32,000 nt of DNA from Candidatus Saccharimonadota bacterium. GTDB lineage: Bacteria > Patescibacteriota > Gracilibacteria > BD1-5 > UBA6164. This document shows, in pieces, positions 28,021 through 32,000 of this stretch; within the stretch, counting starts at the first letter, position 1, and each line of letters starts with the position of its first letter. The DNA lies in contig CP042461.1 in assembly GCA_004563595.2 (NCBI GenBank), forward strand, positions 990,001 to 1,022,000, in the 5' to 3' direction. The notes beneath the pieces were generated by a model. That model saw only the letters and a list, made by a program, of their open reading frames with translations, did no database searches and was not told where the DNA came from. Both the position numbers and the translations under genes were made by a program.

Positions 28021-28699
28021 ATAAACTATATTCTCCCCCCTGGATATCAGAAACTACTCATTTTTTATCAAATGCTATCACTCTCTTTTTTAGAGAATTT
28101 ACTATATGACTATCATGTGTTGCCAGAATGATAGTCTTTCAATCTGCATGGAGATCTAAGAATATATTCATTACTTCCATTGCTGTTTCAGGATCAAGAT
28201 TTCAAGTTGGTTCATCTCATAGGATTATTTTTGGATCATGAACGAGTGCCCTTGCAATTGCAATTCTTTGCTTTTCTCCTCAACTCAGTTCAAATACAAA
28301 TTTATCTTTTTTGATAAGGAGTCATACTTGTTCCAATGCCTCTGGAACTTTTTTTCTAATTATTTCATCTGAATATCCACATACTTCCATAGCAAAGGCC
28401 ACATTTTCATATACCTTTTTTGACTCAAGAAGTTTATAATCTTGAAAAATAACTCATATTTGTCTTCTATATTCTAGTAAAGTTTCCTCGCTCATATTTT
28501 TGTATAATGCTATATTATTATCTAGAATAATATCTCACTTCATGGGTTTAAAATCTCATATAAGCGAACGAATTAATGATGTTTTTCAACTTCAAGAATA
28601 TCATATAAAAAATACAAATTCTCAAGCTTTTATTTCTAAATCTATATCACGAAGAATTACTTTATTTCTAAATGCTAAAGATACCTTGTCTATTTTCAT
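28019..28699 (-). CDS. ftsE: Cell-division ABC ATPase FtsE, 226 aa
   Basis: The Walker A motif IGYSGSGKTS has all three glycines encoded by TGA (28586-28588, 28592-28594, 28601-28603). Other motifs: RRQIGVIFQDYKLL, signature LSGGEKQR (first G is TGA), and Walker B IILGDEPTGNLD. Confidence 0.85.
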
Positions 28700-28797
28700 T
28701 CTTAGATTCTATAAAAAAATATTTTAATAATTCTAATATGTTTTATTTTTTTGTAAAGAAAAAAGCCGAGAACTTATCTCTCGACTATTTTTATTTC

Positions 28798-30162
28798 CTA
28801 TTTTACAATGAATAATGATAAGATGTATAATCATCCTGTAGCTGTAACAAGTGATACAAATGCAGTTGATAATCAACTTTTCATCCATCATCTAAATGTG
28901 ATTGGATTATCAGTTTGTTCTGATTTTGAAACAACAATTATATTTGCTGTTGATCCGATAGGAGATGCATTTCATCCAAAACCTACCCCAAATACAAGTG
29001 CCCACCATAAGAGTTCTACTCATGGGAGTTGAACTTCGTACTGTAAATATGCGATGATAGGTAACATAGCAACTGTCATTGGTATATTATCAACGAGTGC
29101 AGATAATACAGCAGATACCCATAACACAATCAATGCTGTCACTAATATGTTATCTGCAGCTCATGCTGTAATAAGCTCAGCTAATGCTTTGAGTACTCAT
29201 GCATGTTCGAGACCTCAAACTATTACAAACAGTGCTCAAAAGAAAAGAAGTACAGATAATTCGAGTTTTTCTAATATTTTTTGAGGATCTTTTGTAGCAG
29301 AAACAAGTATTAATGCCAATGATGCTCCAATAATTGCTACCATTGAAGGTGATATATGGATTATGTGATGAACAAAAAATAATATTACTACTATTCCAAG
29401 TACAACAAGTATTTTCTTGAGAGTTTCAGGATCAGTAATAGCTTCTTCTTCTTTCATTTTCATCAAATCTTCAATTGCTTTTGGATCTGGTTTTTCTTGA
29501 AGTTCTTTCTTAAATACAATTTTTAATGTAAACAGTGTCAAAAACCAAGCGACAAATACAATAGGCATTGAGTGAACCAAAAAATCAGTGAATGAAAACC
29601 CTGCAACTGAACCTATCATAATATTAGGTGGATCTCAGACAAGTGTAGCAACTCACCCTGTATCAGAAAGCAGAGCTTCTGCCATCAAGATTGGAGTTGG
29701 ATTTAATCTTAAAATTTTACAAATAATTATCGTAATTGGTACAATAAGTATAATAGTTGTAACATTATCTAATATTAAAGATAATAGAGTTGTTAAAGTT
29801 CAAAGAGCAACGGTCAACTTCCATAAGTTTCATCCCGTCTTCTTGGCAACCTTTATTCATAAATATTGAAATGCTCATGTCTGTTCTAATATAGCAACTA
29901 TAACCATCATTCAAAATAATAGTCCAATTGTATTAAAATCTATAGCTGCTTTTGCTCACTCAGGAGAGTAAAATCAAAAAAACATTCAAGCAATTACCAT
30001 AACTAAAGCTCATATAAGTCAGATTACTGATCTATGAATTCTCTCAGAGAGAATAATTCAAAAAGTAATTACAAATATAACTATACTTAACCAAAAACCA
30101 GTTCCACCGGTTGTATGAGCCACCACTTCACTTACGATGAGTGCTCAAGTTCCTACTTCCAT
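28798..30162 (-). CDS. ArsB/NhaD (SLC13-like) superfamily anion permease, 454 aa
   Basis: About 11 TM segments. Motifs include SERIHRSVIGLIGALVMV, LDNVTTIILIVPI and SALVDNIPMTVAMLPI. In frame with track ORF 29236..29619. Several plus-strand track ORFs here are antisense noise. Confidence 0.75.
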
Positions 30163-30214
30163 TTGTTTATCAAATTACATATTAAATTAATAAACCTCCT
30201 TTTTTTTATCAATT

Positions 30215-30664
30215 TTAATTAATTCACAATTCAGAAGCTAACATTTTTTTCAATGAGCTTCTTGTAAAGACTCAAACTGGTGCCCCATTTTCATCTAAAA
30301 CTGGGATTTTTGTTTGTCTTCATTCAGTAACAATAATAGCTGCTTCCATCATAGAAGTATTTATTTTAATTGCTTTTGTAAATGGCATCATAAAATCTTT
30401 TAACTCTTTGTCTTGCACCTCTTGTAAACATTCATCAAAAAGAGAATCCGTTGTAAAATGAGCTAAATTCTTTTCATTTCACAAATATGCAGGTATTGCT
30501 GCCTTTGTTAAAGTCACAATATCTATCCCTCATACAAGTTTATTTTCATTATCTACCACTAACAAAGAATTACAATTTTTGTCTGCCATAATTTGTAATG
30601 CTTCTTTAAATGTAGATCATTGGTTTACCTTAATTGCATCTCTCATAAATTTTTTTATATCCAT
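30215..30664 (-). CDS. CBS domain pair protein, 149 aa
   Basis: MDIKKFMRDAIKVNQGSTFKEALQIMADKNCNSLLVVDNENKLVGGIDIVTL...FMMPFTKAIKINTSMMEAAIIVTEGRQTKIPVLDENGAPVGVFTRSSL, which reads as two CBS motifs. Confidence 0.75.
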
Positions 30665-30733
30665 TGGTTTCTATAAAAAAAATAAAAAGTGGACTTATCC
30701 TAGGAGTTTTTTCCTGAAAATCAAGACATAATT

Positions 30734-30769
30734 AAAAAAAGTATGATACTATATTTTTATCATACTTTT
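30734..30769 (-). terminator. Terminator after the coupling-protein gene
   Basis: Perfect 10-bp stem AAGTATGATA / TATCATACTT with U7 on the minus strand. Confidence 0.7.
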
Positions 30770-30774
30770 ATTCA

Positions 30775-32000
30775 TTACTTTTCTTCTATTTTTTTATTTG
30801 CAGCCTGCTTTTCTAACATTTCATTATGCTTCTTTGCTTTTGTTTCTTTTTCTTTTTGTTTATAGTCTTCTTTCTTCTTTTCCCATGCAAGCTCTTGCTT
30901 TTCTAAGTCATTCATTGTCTTATTAATTTTCCCTTCTACCATTTTTCTGTCTTTTGAATATTTTTCACGACTTACTGAAAGTATTTTTTTATATCTCTTT
31001 ATAAATGCCTCATCGTCCTTTGGGTATGGAGCAAATGTTCCTGCTGAAAATATTGGAGAAGGCATTCAATCAATCAATTGTTTTAAATAAATCTTATATT
31101 TACTTAAGTTCATAAGATCTTCTTCTGATACTTCTCACGCTAAAACTTCTTTTAGTATCATAGAATCATGATATCATACTTGAAATGAAACTAAGCTTCA
31201 CACATTCCCAAATACTGCTCATCGCACTGATTCCTGCATTTGATCAATATATTGATTTGCCATTACAAGGTTCAATTTATATTTACGAGCCTCTGACAAA
31301 ATAGTCGCAAAACTGTCGGTAGCAAAGTTTTGAAATTCATCTACATAGAGATAAAAATCTTCTCTTTCATGTTCTGGAATATCAGCTCTACTCATGGCAT
31401 CCATTTGGAATTTTGTTACCATCATCGCTCATAAAAGAGCTGAGGCATCTTCTCAAATCTTCCCTTTTGAGAGATTTACAATAATAATTTTATTATTATC
31501 CATTGCCCACCTCACAGAAAAGGAATTTTTTGGTTGTCATAATATATTTCTCAAAATAGTACTTGATAAAAACTGTCCTACTTTGTTTAATATTGGTCCA
31601 GCTGCTTCTACTTTTTGATTTGGTGCCATTTTGGCAAATTCTCATGTCCAAAATTTCTTTACCACTGGATCAGTTATTTTATTTACCACCTTTCATCTAA
31701 ATACATCACTTGTGAGCATAAGTGGTATAGACATCAAAGTACTGTTTGGATATTCAACCAGTGCTAGAATGGTATTTCTTAATATATGTTCTAACCTTGG
31801 TCCCCAACTATCTCAAAATATTTTTTTAAATATTCATACAAGCCCAGATGCAACCAGGGGCCTTTGTTCTGGAGATACATCATCAAGCATATTAAATGCA
31901 ATTGGCCAATCTCTATCAGACGGATCAAATATAATCGTTTGATTGGTTCTACTTTTTGGAATATGTCCTATTACCGCTTCTGCTAAATCTCCATGTGGAT
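30775..32000 (-). CDS. VirD4/TraD/TraG-like type IV coupling ATPase, C-terminal part (5' end beyond the window), with a K/E-rich tail
   Basis: The frame is continuous through TGA codons: ...IIFDPSDRDWPIAFNML...GDSWGPRLEHILRN...IIIVNLSKGKIGEDASALLGAMMVTKFQMDAMSRADIPEHEREDFYLYVDEFQNFATDSFATILSEARKYKLNLVMANQYIDQ...AVFGNVGS. This includes a Walker B-like YVDEFQNF and the T4CP C-terminal pattern. It joins track ORFs 31219..31425 and 30775..31065. Confidence 0.7.

Noticed and set aside
28500-29869. Plus-strand track ORFs 28500..28727, 28808..29032, 29054..29284 and 29588..29869
   Set aside because: They are antisense shadows of ftsE and the ArsB/NhaD permease, with no recognisable motifs.
31394-31942. 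Plus-strand track ORFs 31394..31618 and 31631..31942
   Set aside because: They are antisense to the continuous coupling-ATPase frame.
1-32000. Widespread pseudogenisation or poor assembly as the explanation for truncated lepA, rpsA, rpsB, rluD, ftsE and other genes in the standard-code ORF track
   Set aside because: All interruptions are TGA, never TAA or TAG. They sit on conserved Gly positions, and frames stay continuous for up to 2.3 kb. This indicates codon reassignment, not decay.
1-32000. TGA read as Trp (table 4, Mycoplasma-like)
   Set aside because: TGA occupies P-loop, SAM-motif, Nudix-box and G/F-linker glycines. Trp there is incompatible with these motifs. The window's tRNA-Trp has anticodon CCA, not UCA.

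Overview
This is an AT-rich (about 70% A+T by eye) bacterial chromosomal segment in which TGA is a sense codon for glycine (translation table 25, the Gracilibacteria/Absconditabacteria type within CPR/Patescibacteria). The supplied standard-code ORF track is therefore badly fragmented. Almost every real gene here is broken by in-frame TGA codons that fall on invariant Gly positions of conserved proteins. I re-translated the window by hand with TAA/TAG as the only stops, and every CDS listed starts and stops in frame with a length divisible by 3. Housekeeping content: tsf, rpsB, rpsA, lepA, rsmA/ksgA, rluD-like, recO-like, ftsE, a dnaJ/cbpA-like gene, hsp20, tRNA-Trp(CCA) and tRNA-His(GUG). Envelope and pilus content: a PilC/GspF platform protein and a 767-aa type IV pilin-like protein fused to a seven-blade SBBP-like beta-propeller. 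There is also a two-gene WxL/DUF916-like surface locus and a partial VirD4/TraD-like coupling ATPase. Other genes: an ATP-grasp ligase followed by two N-formylglutamate-amidohydrolase-family paralogs, a TetR-SRPBCC operon with a palindromic operator and a decayed dehalogenase gene, and a Schlafen/AlbA_2-HATPase_c_4 (COG2865-like) gene next to tRNA-Trp. An ArsB/NhaD-type permease with a CBS protein, a Nudix hydrolase and several small secreted or lipoprotein ORFs complete the set. Unexplained non-genic structure: a perfect 93-bp tandem duplication carrying six ATCAAATAA sites, and a conserved ~42-nt element present twice just inside bidirectional terminators. Also unexplained are near-identical K/A/E-rich tails on S1 and S2 and a GC-rich structured leader before tsf. 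All protein family calls come from motif recognition by eye; no database search was possible.
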